Assembly: GCF_009914755.1 (NCBI RefSeq) | Contig: NC_060925.1 | DNA length: 64,000 nt | Reading direction: 5' to 3' (one strand) | Origin: the human T2T-CHM13v2.0 reference genome, Homo sapiens | Shown: positions 15,096 through 33,889 of the stretch, one piece after another | Layout: the number at the start of each line of letters is the position of its first letter | How positions within the stretch are numbered: position 1 is the first letter of the stretch | Position numbers and translations under genes: made by a program | Notes under the pieces: generated by a model | The model's database searches: none | Told to the model about the DNA's origin: nothing | What the model saw: only the letters and a program-made list of their open reading frames with translations

Positions 15096-16544
15096 TTATG
15101 AATTTTCAGGGTAAGTACACAAACCAATTGTCTTATCTCTAAACAAAGATATGTGTTTAGTTCACACCAATCATGAAGGCCTAAACATGTCGTCATGTAA
15201 TGGGAAAAATACAAAACCCACCCACTTTCAGTCCATTTCTTTCCAAAAGAACCCCAGCTGTCGGAGCACTCTGAAAATGTCTAGAAAATGTCTAAACACA
15301 TGCTTATCTTAGTACTCTGAGTGCAGCTGCCATATGAAGCAACATTTCTTTGTGGGTTACGTGTAAAACAAAGAATTCAATATACAAAGTTCCCAAAATA
15401 AAACAAAAATTTACTTGGACGTTATTCATTGGCTAATAGAACATTTTAGTCCCAATCCAACAAAATTTTAGGCAAATGTCAAGAACCAAGTTAACCAAAA
15501 CCGCTTTAAACAGAATCTTCATTCTAGGTATATAAAAACTGTTTCTTTAAATTAGAGATCTTTTTGGTCCTAAAATCTAGAACTGAATCAGCTACAACTG
15601 CAAACAAGGTGATTAGTGCAAAGTAATACAACTGTCCAAAGATAAGCTACTTCCCACTTTCCCTACTCAGTAATACATAAAAATCCTTAATATTAGCCCT
15701 TCACTTTCCATGCTTCCACCCAGTAACACCTAAAGCAACTATTTAAGGATTAAGCCACACAAGGTCAGAGTAATTGAGCACCTAGTATGAACCAATTATC
15801 TAAATAGATTTCTAAAAGTCCATAATGAATCAGAACTCAGATACAAAGTTACCACCAGGCATCTTTTATATATACTTTCTTGCATATACAAGTCTCAAGA
15901 AGAGTAATGTCATACAAGAGCACTAGGAATTGCCACATACTCCCAAATGGGCAGCAAAAGGAACAAACATTACTGATTTAAAACAGTATATACATACTAA
16001 CTCAAAAAAATAATTCGGTAAATCATTTTCTAACTTGTGTGGGTAACTTTTTCCCTTCCATTTAGAAGTGAACAATTGGCTACCAGTTTAGTACAGAAGT
16101 AATCAACAGCACAAAAGCTAAATTCTGTCCAAATGGGAATTCTAAGCTCAAAAAAAAAAAAAAAAAAGATGCAATCTCCAGGAGCCATTAATTTCTGCCC
16201 CAGCTCAACCTATGGAATTTACCTATATGAAGTGTTCATAATTCTCATCTCATAGAAAAACCTCTTTGCACAACGCAAAGGACTTACACAAAGGGATCTG
16301 AGTCACTAAATGTGAAATACTAATCATGGTATTTTTTAACAGATTATACACCCCTTAACAGCTTTCAAAATATATTTTATGTTGCAGGCTACCTATCTAA
16401 AAAATAATAAAACATGTTTTACTAACAAGTTTTATCTTGCCCTTACTTTGATTATATAGAGGTGTAAAGTATGCTTTAAAATTACTTCTAATTTCACAGC
16501 TTCCTGTTGGGTAGACCACTTAATTTGTACCTAGAACTAAACTT

Positions 16545-17045
<501 letters not shown>

Positions 17046-17814
17046 GCTTACATACAGCATCTCATTTAAATGGCGCTCATTTCCAGTGTTCATATTTTCA
17101 TCTGTGGCCAAAATCATGATGGCTTTAGCAATTTATATTCTAACCATTTCCTAAACTTAAGCTTCTCATGTTTAGATTACAACCTTGTTTTCACTATATT
17201 CTTGAAATTACCGACTTCCTCAGCCTGAAAGATTTATTTCAATCACTTCACATAACCTCCAAATTTGAACTTAAAAGTCAAGGAAGATGAAGAGGTAATC
17301 CCAGGGCACAGCCTAGGCCAAATAACCCAAATTTCTGGGAAGCTGCCACTTACTATTAACTCAACCTGACAATTATCTTGCAAATGATATTGATAAATCA
17401 TTTAATTACTATGGTCCAGTTCAAATATGTAACATTTTACTGCCTTGTTACCAGTTATGCCATACAAAGCACAGTAAATAATGAAGTTTCTGGGCTTTTC
17501 TTAGTTAACCTGAAGATCTCGCTGGTACATGTTCAGACTTGCTAAAACTTATTTACATATTTGTCTCAGTATAATCCAAAACGTCTGGGTTATAATCTAT
17601 TTTCTAAGTGTTTACTTTAGAAAGTAAAATTGCATGCACCTGAGATCCCTGGAATTTGCTATACCATTGGACTGGAGGTCCACTAATATACCTGAATAAT
17701 CTTACCTCTAAGGTCAACATCAGTTAGGTTCTAGTAACTTCCTATTTCTCATTCCTTTGAACCTTTTAACACCTGTTGTTTCCTTCCACATGATGGTACT
17801 TTCCTAAAGACATG

Positions 17815-17848
17815 TTAGGTTGGTACAAAACCAATTGCACCAACCTAG
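17815..17848. mobile_element. Internally deleted MADE1 (Hsmar1 MITE) remnant
   Basis: TTAGGTTGGTACAAAA...TTGCACCAACCTA = the two MADE1 termini. Confidence 0.7.
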
Positions 17849-20788
17849 TATTTTCGAAATCCAATACACATTTAGGCTTTGTATGCAACTCCCTGTTCTA
17901 TTTCAGTGCAACCATCTCTGGCAACTAGAAAAATAACAAAATTAGAATGAATACTTAATATCCTCCTTTTAAATCCATACCAAAAACAAGCCCCAAATAT
18001 ATTTACAACCCTGGAAATGATGTGTACTACTTTTATTTAAAAAAATAAGAGTAAAGGAACTAACTAGATGTATATGGTGCCAATTTTTAAAAGTCTTGCT
18101 TAACTCCACAGGTCTCAAAATAGCTAATAAAGAAACCATGTCTCCAATCATTTCAATACAAGCTGTAAAAATGCCTTAAAAATCTCAGGTCTGGCATTAC
18201 TTCCATTTAAACGCATCAAGATAAAAGTTCACTGAAACATCAGCTGCCACCATTACTTTAGGAATCTTTATCTGTTTAGGGATTTTTCCCCTAGACTATT
18301 ATAGCCAGTTTGTCAATCAAAAGTAGCATTCAGTATGCTTAACTTTCATTATCAAAAAAGTGATCTGCTAAGAAGTGACAATTAGATTAAATCCAAGAAG
18401 TCCTTGGATTTTGTATTTTACAAGAATTCAACTTTCCCAATTAAGTCATTAGTCATTAAGATAAGTACCCTTCCCAAATGTGATTCAACAGCCTGGTTTT
18501 TAGCAAATAAAAACCCCATATAAAATTCAATTTAAAAATTATAAACACACAGGGGTGTGCACACAGGTCAGAAACCAGGAAACACATGACAATAAACATG
18601 ATCCTATTTGATTGTTTTTATGACTTTTAAGAAGTGAGCATGAAAATAAATCTTTATTTTCAGTTATTACCCACCAATAAGAGAAAGTTAGGTTCACAGT
18701 TTTAGCTCTTGACACAAAGTGAACTAGGAGGCAAATTTATATCCATCAGATACAACTAATGCACCAACTTTTTAAGTTCAGGCTATCTTGAAAGCTTGCA
18801 ACATACCAGATATTGCTATGTTGTCTCTCACGACAGCAATGGATGACACTGAGAAGTTGTGTTTTGAGTAGCAGGTGTTTTCTATAGTATGTTGCTGGAA
18901 ATCAAGAGGTTTATAAAACATGGTACATGTTTGGAAATGAGTTAGATACTTGAAAAGTCTAAACACACTGATTTAGGAGTGCGTATGTTGCTGTCTCAAT
19001 GAACAATGGGTCAATAGTTCATATGGACTAAATTAATCTCTGGGTAGCACGTATGTGTGTAAATATAAAATTATATTAGACATTAGCACCAGTGCAGAAC
19101 ATGCTCAGCATCATAAGATCCAAAACACCAGCACAAGTTTATCCATCATTAAAAACAATTACCTCCTTCCTAAAATGTCAGAATAGTAGGTAACTGAGAT
19201 TAATAAATCTTATCCAAAAAGTAACTCTTATAACATAAAAGTTTCTTTTAGAAGTATATGTGAGAACCAATCAGCTAAATAGAAATGTTTAAGATTGAAG
19301 ATGTCCAATATTTTTAAAACTGGACATTACCATATACAGGTAGAACATTTCTAAAAATGACGTGACAAACAATTCTTAAAAATTTTTTAAAAATTCCTTC
19401 ACTGTTTATCAATAAATGTGGCAGAATAAAAGACAATCCTAGAAAACTTTTTTAATTCATCATTCTATGTGTGTTTTAATAAGTGGTGATGCTCCCATTA
19501 TAGGAATCCATTATTTACCTAATTTTCTAATGGAGGAAGAGAGAAGAGATAATTACCACTTTCTGTGGAATACTCAACTTACAACCAAATAATAGCAATC
19601 TAGGAAATTTAGAAACAGTAAAGGTTTTTGGTTTATATTTCATGTATAGTGCTGCTGTTCCAACCTTACAAAGTAAAGCTGTCTGCTTCCCAAATTCCAA
19701 AAATTAAAATACTCCCCCACCTCACCCTACCAACCAGCGCCCTTTGGTTTTTGTTTTAGAACAAGGAAGGGTTAAATGGTGGCTGATTATGGATGTACCA
19801 TTTTGATTTTGGGACCTTTCACACACAGAAATCATACCAAATGGCCAGACACTTATTTTACAGAACAGTTTAAATATTACACATTGGCCAAATCAACTTA
19901 TTCCACCCACCCTGGTGAAGGGGGAGAAAAAACCCATACCTATAAAACTACTTCACTTGACACGATGTGCCTACCAACAATAAGTAGTTTAAACAACTTT
20001 CACCAATTAAGATGTCTAGTTTAGATTTTAAAATGGGAAACTCAAGCATTTAAAAAGTAAATATAGCTGAAAATGTAAATCAGTTATAATTTGAACCTAA
20101 TGAGCCATGCAAGGAGCAAGGGTTAATAAACCAAATGTGCTTTGAATTTGTTCAAGTACTGATATTTCTGTATATAAAGATTTAGCATATATATATAACA
20201 GCTATCATGAGAAGTGAAAAAAGATTTTTCCCCAAAAATGAAAATATTAAAACTAAGTTAAAATACATATAGTTAGTATTCCACACAGCATAAAATTTGA
20301 CAAATCAAAGTTTAACATGTCCCAGTTGACCATGTGTGAATATGCAAAGCAGGTATTAAAACCAGTATGTCCAATATTTAAAACCAGTTTGTAATTGGGG
20401 GAACTTCTAAATCCTTAATTAAAAAACACAAATGAAGTGAAAGCTTTAAACTGGTACACACTGTTCACACCTATATTTCAAGTTTGGAAATGCATATTTG
20501 CAAGCAGCAATACAAAAGTATTCATGAAGAATGCATAATCTCTGAAAATTATGAAAACATCCCTGCTACCAATACATTTCTAAATACAAAACTGACTACC
20601 ATATTTGTTACTTCTGTGTAGCGGGAGAAGTTCATTTTTAAAACAGATAAAATTCAGTCTTTAGGTGTGAATGGTATGAATGACAGTCTTTTTTTTTTTA
20701 ATTTCTTAGTCGTTTGGAATCCTTAAGCATGCAAAAGCTTTGAACAGAAGGGTTCACAAAGGAACCAGGGTTGTCTTATGGCATCCAG

Positions 20789-20845
20789 TTAAGCCAGAGC
20801 TGGGAATGCCTCTGGGTCATCCACATCAGGAGCAGAAGCACTTGA
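20789..20845 (-). CDS. SERBP1: SERBP1 exon 8 coding part (57 nt incl. TAA)
   Basis: tttcag|TCAAGT; SSASAPDVDDPEAFPALA*. Exon lengths sum to 1227 nt = 408 aa + stop. Confidence 0.97.
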   Translation of the reverse strand, partial: SSASAPDVDDPEAFPALA

Positions 20846-20932
20846 CTGAAAAAGAAAAACCAAAATTAACCACAGTTCTCAGTTCTTCAAAATTACATTG
20901 TTAGCTAGTGTCTACATTAAGACAGAACTCTA

Positions 20933-21672
<740 letters not shown>

Positions 21673-22740
21673 AGTTGTTTTACTTTTTCCAATAAACCAT
21701 ACAAGTAGATTCATAAGCAATTATGTATGTGAATTCGCATTGTTCAGTATTCTTATACTTTTTCCACTTGCTAAATAAGAATGGCACCAATGTGAAAGCA
21801 TGCTAAGGAACTAATATCTAAGTAGCAATAATCATCAAGGTTGAAAGTCTGAAAAAAGGAATCCAAACTGCTCTTTATAGCCTAAAGTATAAATAACAGA
21901 ACTAAAAAAGAAAGTATGGGAAAAGCCCATCAACACAACCACCACCTTAAAAAAAAAGGTTGGTCTTAGAGGGAGGAACAAAGTATCATTACACTGGCAA
22001 TGGTAAGTTACCCCTGTAATCATCAAAAACAGACTCAATCAAGTAGGTGGGTCCCCAAATTTGTGTGTAAGGTGTTGAGAATTTAGGAGGACATTATGGT
22101 TGTTTCCAAGCATCAGATCTGAGTTCAAATCTATCAATTACTTGGGAATTCACCAAAATATTTCTCTAAGAACTTGTTTTGTGCCACATACTGTTCAAGG
22201 CATTGGAGAGATTATAGAAAGTAAGCCAAAAATGAATCCCAGCTCTCACAGAAGAGTCTAGTAAAAGAAAAAAGTGTCAACAATCCTAAGTGTCGTAAGA
22301 GGAATTATACAAGGAACACAATGGTTATTAAGTGGAGACCTAAAAAGCAGTTAGGAATTATCAAAGTGAACAGACTGGTTTTCAGGTAAGCCTTAGCAAA
22401 GGCCAAGAGTTAACCTGATTCACTATACCAGAATTTTCTCATCTGGAAAATGAGAATGTCATCACAGTAACAAGAATTAAATGACATTAAGTACATAAAA
22501 TGCCTAGCCCAGCACCATGACCGGCACCTAGAAAGAACTCAAAAGGGTGGTAACTTAACACTACTAACAGCACTACACAAAAAGGCATTTAAGTGCTTTA
22601 AACATAAATATAACCTAACATGCGGTTTCTTAAAGACACTGCTACTACTTCTACTTATGTTCCCAAAAGTGACATAAGTCTGACCCAGCCAGTGACTTAT
22701 AAGAGGTCCTTAAATTATGTAAAAGGAAAAGAAAGTCTTA

Positions 22741-22920
<180 letters not shown>

Positions 22921-23547
22921 CTAAAAATATAAGTGAAGATGATTGTGTTATTAGTAGAAAAGTAACATTGCAAAATTTCTAAATAATGAGCTTTCTTCTA
23001 AAAAAAACCAAAAATCCAAACTGTACTTTCTGTGAACAAATGTCTCAATGCCTCCACAGGTAACAAGCTAGGGCTCAGCTTTAGTGATCCTGGAGGAAGA
23101 TTTTCCTGCACTTTTCTCTATCTCAAAATTGCAGGTAATACCAGCAGTCCTCAACTAAAGACATGTATGCTATCACAATCAACCCAAACGGCTGAAGCCC
23201 ATCCTAGACCTACTGAATCATAATCTTTAGCAGTGAAATCTGGACAAGTACATTTTAAATATGCCCTTCAGATCAGGACTGCCATGTGAATCCTTGATGA
23301 AGACCTCTGGAGAGATGACATATAAGGTTACTACTAGCACTAACACTGAAGTTAAAAAGAACACTCAGAAAGAAAAACTCTGTTCTACACTCTTCCAACT
23401 ACAACTAGGGTAAAGACCTTACTAGATATAAACTTCTCAGAAGCATTTTCTGTTAATACACAACCACTACGTTTTTCTACACAAATTGGAGAGCTACAAA
23501 TTCAAGTGAAACACTACACACTTTACATAAAGAGGGGAATCTTGTAA

Positions 23548-23778
<231 letters not shown>

Positions 23779-24496
23779 TAGACAGGTTTTCACAGTGTTG
23801 CTCAGGCTGGTCTCAAACTCCTAGGCTCAAGCGATCCGCTGGCCTTGGCCTTCCAAAGTGCTGGGACTACAGGCATGAGCCACCATGCCCAGCTAGAAAC
23901 TTCTTAAAAATGAAGTCATGTTTGTGAAATCCAGATCCTCTTTTCTATTTGCGTTTAAGATACATGACCCAGTCTGGGGGAAAAAAGCAAAAAGCCAGAC
24001 AATTCTATACTGCTTCATGCCTGATGTCTTCTTGTACGCTTGGGATGGGTTTTAATCTTCTAGTTGAAAACTGTACTTATAGGACTTGAAAGTACAGCTT
24101 TCTTTTCCTCTTTTCCTAAATACATCTAAGGAATCTTCTTTTCTAAAGGGATAAAGAACATTTTGTTCTTTCATTAGAACTTGTACTATTACAATTCCAT
24201 TAGACTCAACTTAAAATATTACAGCTGTTAATAACTAGCCTTTAAAGTACAAATAAATTTTTGTGTTTTTATCCATGTTTTCACCCCTTACATCAACTCA
24301 TACTAGTATTAAATGTCACTCCTTTGTACCAAACCAACACACTGTAAGGCAATAGAATGTTCTAATACAAATTTTAAAGGAGGCTAGAAACATAAAAACA
24401 AATTCACAAAACACCAGCAAATTAGAATCAATTATATATACTAATTGTGTGATTTTTAAATGTTTGCTATTTCAAACCAATGCTTTCAATTTATTG

Positions 24497-25060
24497 CAAA
24501 CCACAGATCGAAAATATTCAGAAAAAAATAAAACCAACCAACCATATAACAATAAAAAGTAGGCCAGGTGTGGTGGCTGACACTTGTAATCCCAGCACTC
24601 TGGGAGGCATAGGCAGAAGGGCTGCTTGAGTCCAGGAGTTGGCACAGGTGTGTAGTTCCAGCTACTCAGGAGGCTGAGCTAGAAGGATCGCTTGAGCACG
24701 GGGAGGTTGAGGCTGCAGTAAGCTGTGACCATGCTACTGCATTCCAGCCTACATGACAGAGCAAGACCTTGTCTCAAAATAAAGTGTATGAGGGAGTGCT
24801 CACTTTGGCAGCATATATACTAAAAGTGGAACAATACAAAGATTATTAGCATGATCCCCACAAGGATGACACGCAAAACTGTAAATTGTTCTATATTTTA
24901 AATTAAAAAATAGAAACAATAAAAAATAAAGTATAGGGAAAACGTGTTTAGGCTATATGCAGATACTATGCCATTTTATATAATGGACATGAGCATCTGA
25001 AAATTTTAATATCTCTGGGTCCTGGAACGAATCCCCTGCAGATACCAAGAAACTGTACTG
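24497..25060 (+). mobile_element. MER2-type (Tigger) DNA transposon interrupted by an internally deleted Alu (24562-24780) and the U6 copy
   Basis: CCACAGATCGAAAATATTC upstream; TATGCAGATACTATGCCATTTTATATAA..GTCCTGGAACGAATCCCCTGCAGATACC downstream. Confidence 0.72.
24796..24899 (+). pseudogene. U6 snRNA retro-pseudogene (antisense in SERBP1 intron 6)
   Basis: GTGCTCACTTTGGCAGCATATATACTAAAAGTGGAACAATACA...CAAGGATGACACGCAAA...TATATTTT aligns to full-length U6. The ACAGAGA box is degraded, and it has an A-rich tail and a degenerate TSD (AAATAAAGTRTA..GGGA). Confidence 0.92.
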
Positions 25061-26668
25061 GGATAAAGTCAGGGCAGGGGGATCCTTTTTTTTTTTCTTT
25101 TTTCCTTTTTTTGAAACAGTCTTGCTCTGTCAACTAGGTTGGAATGCAGTGATGCTATCTTGGCTCACTGCAACCTCTGCCTCCTGGGCTCAAGTGATCC
25201 TCTCCCGCCTCAGCCTCCCAGGTAACTGAGACCACAGGTGCACGCAACCACATCCAGATAATTTTTATATTTTTTGTAGAAACAGGGTTTTGCCATGTTA
25301 CCCAGGCTGGTCTCAAACTTTTAACTCAACAATCTGCCCACCTCAGCCTCCCGAAGTGCTGGGATTACAGGTGTAAGCCACTGTGTCCGACCTTTTTTCT
25401 AGAGCACTCAGACAATGAGGAGCAGAAAACAGAAACTCTGAGCTCTGTCAATAACACGGTAACACAGTTCTCCATTTGTAAATAGTTTCTTCCTTCCCCT
25501 TAACTACCTCACATTTGTCACGAGAATGAAGACATGTGAAAGTTAAAGTGTTGTTTTTTTTTTTTTTTTTTTTTTTTTGAGACAGTCTTGCTCTGTTGCC
25601 CAGGCTGGAGTGCAGTGGTGTGATCTCAGCTCACTGCAACCTCTGCCTCCTGTGTTAAAGTGATTCTCCTGCCTCAGCCTCCTGAGTAGCTGGGATTACA
25701 GGCATGCACCACCACACCAGGCTAATTTTGTATCTTTAGTAGAGACGGGGTTTCTCCATGTTGGTCAGACTGGTCTTGAACTCCCGACCTCAGGTGATCC
25801 GCCCGCCTCAGTCTCCCAAAAGTGCTGGGATTACAGGTGTGAGCCACTGCGCCTGGCTGAAACCACGTGTTCTAATGCAGTTTTTTTTCTACAGGACTTA
25901 AAAAAGACAATGTCCTCATTTACTACTCATATGAAGTAAATGTTAAAAATCATCTCTAAACCTAAAAAAACTTTTAATCTTTTTAACCTCCATTTTATTT
26001 TAAAATGTTTCCAAGTTTGTCTTATAGCCATTTTGCAGTTTAAAAAATTATGCTTATTGGCTGGGCATGGTGGCACACGCCTATAATCCCAGCACTTTGG
26101 GAGGCTGAGGCAGGCGGGGATCACTGAGGCCAGGAGTTTGAGACCAGCCTGGCCAACATGATGAAACCTCATCTCTACTAAAAACACAAACATTATCCGG
26201 GCATGGTGGCGAGTGTCCGTAATCCCAGCTACTGAGGAGGTTGAGACACAAGAACTGTTTGAATCCGGGAGGTGGAGGTTGCGGTAAGCAGAGATGGTGC
26301 CACTGCATTCCAGCCTGGGCGACAGAGCCAGATTCTGTCTCAAAAAAAAAAATAAAAATAACTAATACCTTATTGAAAGGGTTTGCCCTCACAATATTTT
26401 AATTTAACTTTACCTTAGGATGATAAAACTCAGTCTGGATTTCTGGCACAGCCCAATTTATGATATGAATAAATCAAACACAAATGTCAAAAGGTTAAAG
26501 GAAGCTGATAGAGAAAATGAATTTAGGAGAAGAAATAATATAGTTAGGGCTTGTATGAGTTTTTAAAGCCAAACAGGAAGCCGCACTGAAACATTCCTCT
26601 AAGAACACACCCCAAAGCTTAAACGGAAGCTACCAAATCAAAAGCCATCAATGTGACTTTCTCCAATA

Positions 26669-27016
26669 CAGTTGACCCTTGAACAACGTGGCTTTGAACA
26701 TTCTGCCTCTGTCAGTCTTGAGACAAGCAAGCCCAATCCCTTTTCTTCCTATCCAAAATAAAGACCTTTGTGATGATCCAGTTCCACTTAATGAACAGTA
26801 AATATATTTTCTCAACATTTTCTTTAGCTTACTTTACTGTAAAAACACAGTATATAATACGCAACATACAAAATGTGTTAACTGGTTATGTTATCACTAA
26901 GACTTTCAGTCAACAGGTTATTAGTAGTTAAGTTTTGGGAGAGTCAAAGGTTACATGTGCATTGATCTGCGGGGTCAGTGCCCCTAGCATCCTCATGTTG
27001 TTCAACAAGTCAACTG
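26669..27016 (+). mobile_element. Tigger2a/MER28-type DNA transposon
   Basis: TIRs CAGTTGACCCTTGAACAAC / GTTGTTCAACAAGTCAACTG flanked by TA. Confidence 0.82.
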
Positions 27017-27552
27017 TATTTTCACTAGTTTCCATGTTTCTTAAGTAAAACCCACATATACTTTGGTTTTTAAAGTCGTCATTCCTTAGACAAAATGCAC
27101 ATTGCCATTTACTGAGTGTCCTGGCCATTATATATGGTATAGGCAGACAGTTTCAAAAGTTGAATTCTAAATGAAGTCACTTACATTTTTAGGTTAAACC
27201 ATATGAAAATGTCAAGATTTCAACCTAACACCATAATACCACAGCCCTTTAATGATCCCCAGTTTGGCAAGATTTCAAAAATACAACCACAACTTTGAAA
27301 AGAACTATCATATTTCTGAACACCAATAACTACAAGATACTCCACTAACAGCTTTTTAGGAAAAAGTAACTCTACCACATAAAACATAATTACAAATTGA
27401 TCAAAGGACTAAATTTCTTAGAATATGTGATAATACAGTTTATTTTCCTTATAAAGCAAATTATCTGCCCCAAATGATCCTATGTAAAGCTTTAACAGAC
27501 AAATAACCCATGTGAAATTTTAAAACAAAAATTATAAATACAATTCAAGTCA

Positions 27553-27783
<231 letters not shown>

Positions 27784-29203
27784 TCAAGTTTTATACCTGG
27801 TAGAGAGCTGATATTACATAAAAGTATTTTAAATTTATGATTTTAATTGAGAAAATTAACCTTGTAATCTTTTAGAGAAAGATTATTCAAGGATGAGGGT
27901 ACCCTAGTTTCCTATGTAACTAAGCAACTTGGTAGAGACCAGGAATTCAGTGTTTGCTAATTAGAGACAAGTAAGGAATATGGAATTCATACTTATGAAC
28001 TCTTAAATGATCATTTATCAGTAATACAATCTAGAACTGGCTTTACGAATACTAAAATACACATTTCTTAAAAACACTACCTTGTTTAAAAACTACCCTC
28101 TTATGTAAAATCCTCAGCCTATCTTCTCCTAAACCACATTTTTAATTTCCATAATTCCCACAATATGTAACTCTTAATAACATACAAGAAGGTAATCCTC
28201 TAGGATGTCTGTCAGCAACCAGGGTTCAAATTTTGGAATATAAAAGAACTGTTCCTCTATGCTTTGTTTCAGCAACTAGCACTTAGAGCAAATCAAAACA
28301 ATAGCCGTGTTTCTACAAATCCTAAAATCCTTATACTCCAATTTTCAAACCAACCTGTATATGGAAAGGAGGCCATGGATTCACTACTAATAGAACTATC
28401 CACAAACACACACTGGTTTCATTATTTAATACTAAACCATTTATTTCCAAATATAATTCTCAGGTCTTAACTATAGAATATGATCCTTTCCTCTTTTTAC
28501 AGAAACAAAGCACAGGCCTAAGGATCCATTATTTTAGTATAATCTCAATCTGCAATTGTCACCAAACAAGTCATTTGCTATTTGGGGAGCCCTGCTTCTT
28601 TCCAAAGATAGCAGGTGATTCAGTTAGCCTTAGAGCTCAAATATCTCCCTGGATGCTGCCCTTTACTGTTTGACAAATGCTATCTTAAAAGTTCCTCCAG
28701 TTACATCTATGCTGCAAAAAAAAAAACAAAAAACTTCCTAGAGCAAGTTTATATTGAATTGACAGGATCTTGGGATCTTGGGTACTGAGTCCACCTAGTC
28801 ATTTTACAGATGAGAAATCTAAGAATATAAAAAAAGTCCTGCTTACCCATATGTTATGACACAGCCAGGAATAGAACTTAGCATACCTTTTATCATATCA
28901 TGGAGGCATGACACCTACCTTTCAGGAATTACTGCAAGGATTAAATAAAAACCAAACAGAAGCTCTGGAAGCTATATATAAGTTAGTTCATCAAAGTCAG
29001 CCAATGTTGTGTTTCTTAAATTTATACTTCCATATGCTATGCCCAGATTCTCCCCTAGTCTGGAATAAGATTACAGACAGTTCTAATGTGATGGATAATT
29101 ATTTTCTTTAAACCAAACACCCTCAGTTTCGCTCCTGGGCACTGAGCTAAGGATTTGCTACCAATAGCCTATCAATACATTAGTACCTTTTGGTAAACAG
29201 TTA

Positions 29204-31611
<2,408 letters not shown>

Positions 31612-31772
31612 GCATTCTTTCAAATACTCTTTGAGGGATGAGGGTACAGTAAGTCTCCCTTGTCAAAAACAAAAAGCCATCAAGTAACAGCATTAAATCT
31701 ATGGGTTATCTTATTGGTAAAACTCCAGTGCTTTCAATTCTGGGTCATTACTATTACACGCAATACCACTTA

Positions 31773-31934
<162 letters not shown>

Positions 31935-32450
31935 TTACATGTAGCTGAAAAGTTCTTCATACAAAAATACCATAAGCTCTCACATTCTCTAACTCCTTTC
32001 TTACTAAATATACTCCCCAGAAGACGTCGAAAAGTAAACAATATAAACTAGTTAGTTCATATACTTCATACTTAAAAAGTAACAGAACAAGGCAGTTAAT
32101 TATAAAATGAAGCTTTACTAGCTTATCAAATTTTGTAATGACAACAAAGTCAAAAGCTAGAATAGGAACTATTAAGGACACTAAGATAATCAGAATACCC
32201 AAATAACCTTATTGTGGGGTTTCAGGAAAAGCTACAAATACATATGGGGGGGAAAAATGAGTAACAAATATATCGAAATATTAAAAAACCGGTCATTCAA
32301 TATACTATAACCCAAACCCATCCCATAAGACATTATCTTGTAATATAGTAACTCTCAGAAGAGAGCATTCATTCTTATCTCAGAGACAAGTAAAATTTGA
32401 CAGAGGTATGGATTAGCCTCTAGTTAGGTATAGAATTTTTAAGAAAATCA

Positions 32451-32564
<114 letters not shown>

Positions 32565-32654
32565 TTAACATAATACTCTTTAGTTCTAGAAATTCAAAGT
32601 TTGTTTATTAAATAGATTAAAATATTAAAGTAAAATAAAAACCAGTAAGACTTA

Positions 32655-32816
<162 letters not shown>

Positions 32817-33432
32817 TTATACTTCCATGGTTTCCAGAAGAAATGAGGAAAATTCATCCAAAAGATCAAAAATACAGAACATGTTTACTGGCTCAAAAAC
32901 CAATAGTTAAATACATACACTTCAGAAAATTCAAAATAGTCTGTTTCTAAACACAAAGGAAACCAGAACAAGACAGCCTCCCAAAACAAGAAAACTATTT
33001 TAGCACTCTAAAGCATTACTACCAGTGCATATACTTTTCCACTGCTATTCATTGCACATATAATCCAGTCCATCACTATTTACCAATACACTTAAAAATT
33101 AAACACATCTAACTTGCATAAGTAATTTATTTGCTATAAACAATAAACCAACAGTATTTTCCTTCAACTAACAGTATTTTCCTTTTAACTCTGTATCTGG
33201 AGAGAGAAAGAAAAAGAAATTGGTTATCAATTCAACAAAGTGTTTCCATTACAAGAGACCTAAGTTTGAACTGTTACCCAAAGATCTAAAGCTTAACAAT
33301 GCACACATACAGATGTTTCTGTGAAAAATTAATAGAAACAATTAGCCAGACTGCTACCTGGCAATTATGCCCAATTTATAGCTTAACATTAAAATGTGAC
33401 TCTATAAAGTAACAAAATATGAAGACTTCTTT

Positions 33433-33700
33433 GGTTTACGCCTGTAATCCCAATATTGCAGGAGGACAGCTTGAGCACAGGAGCTCAAGACCAGCCAATG
33501 CAATATATATAGTGAGACCTCAGCTCTACAAAAAAAATTAGCAGTGTGGTGGCGTGACCTTGTAGTCCGAGCTACTCAAGAGGAGACTGAGATGAGAGGA
33601 TCATTTGAGCCCAGGAAGCAGAGGCTGCAGTGAGCCAAGCTTGTACCACTGCACTCCAGCCTACATGTTAGACCAAGACCCTGGCTCAAAAACAAGAAAC
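33433..33700 (+). mobile_element. Old Alu (AluJ-like) abutting the SERBP1 exon 2 donor
   Basis: Diverged dimer; tail ends ~7 nt from the GT at 33706-33707. Confidence 0.9.
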
Positions 33701-33706
33701 AACTTA

Positions 33707-33889
<183 letters not shown>

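Noticed and set aside
24796-24899. Functional U6 snRNA gene
   Set aside because: ACAGAGA box mutated, upstream is Alu rather than PSE/TATA, and it has an A-tail and TSD.
33150-33184. 20-bp-period tandem duplication in SERBP1 intron 2
   Set aside because: Ordinary slippage duplication with no evident motif.
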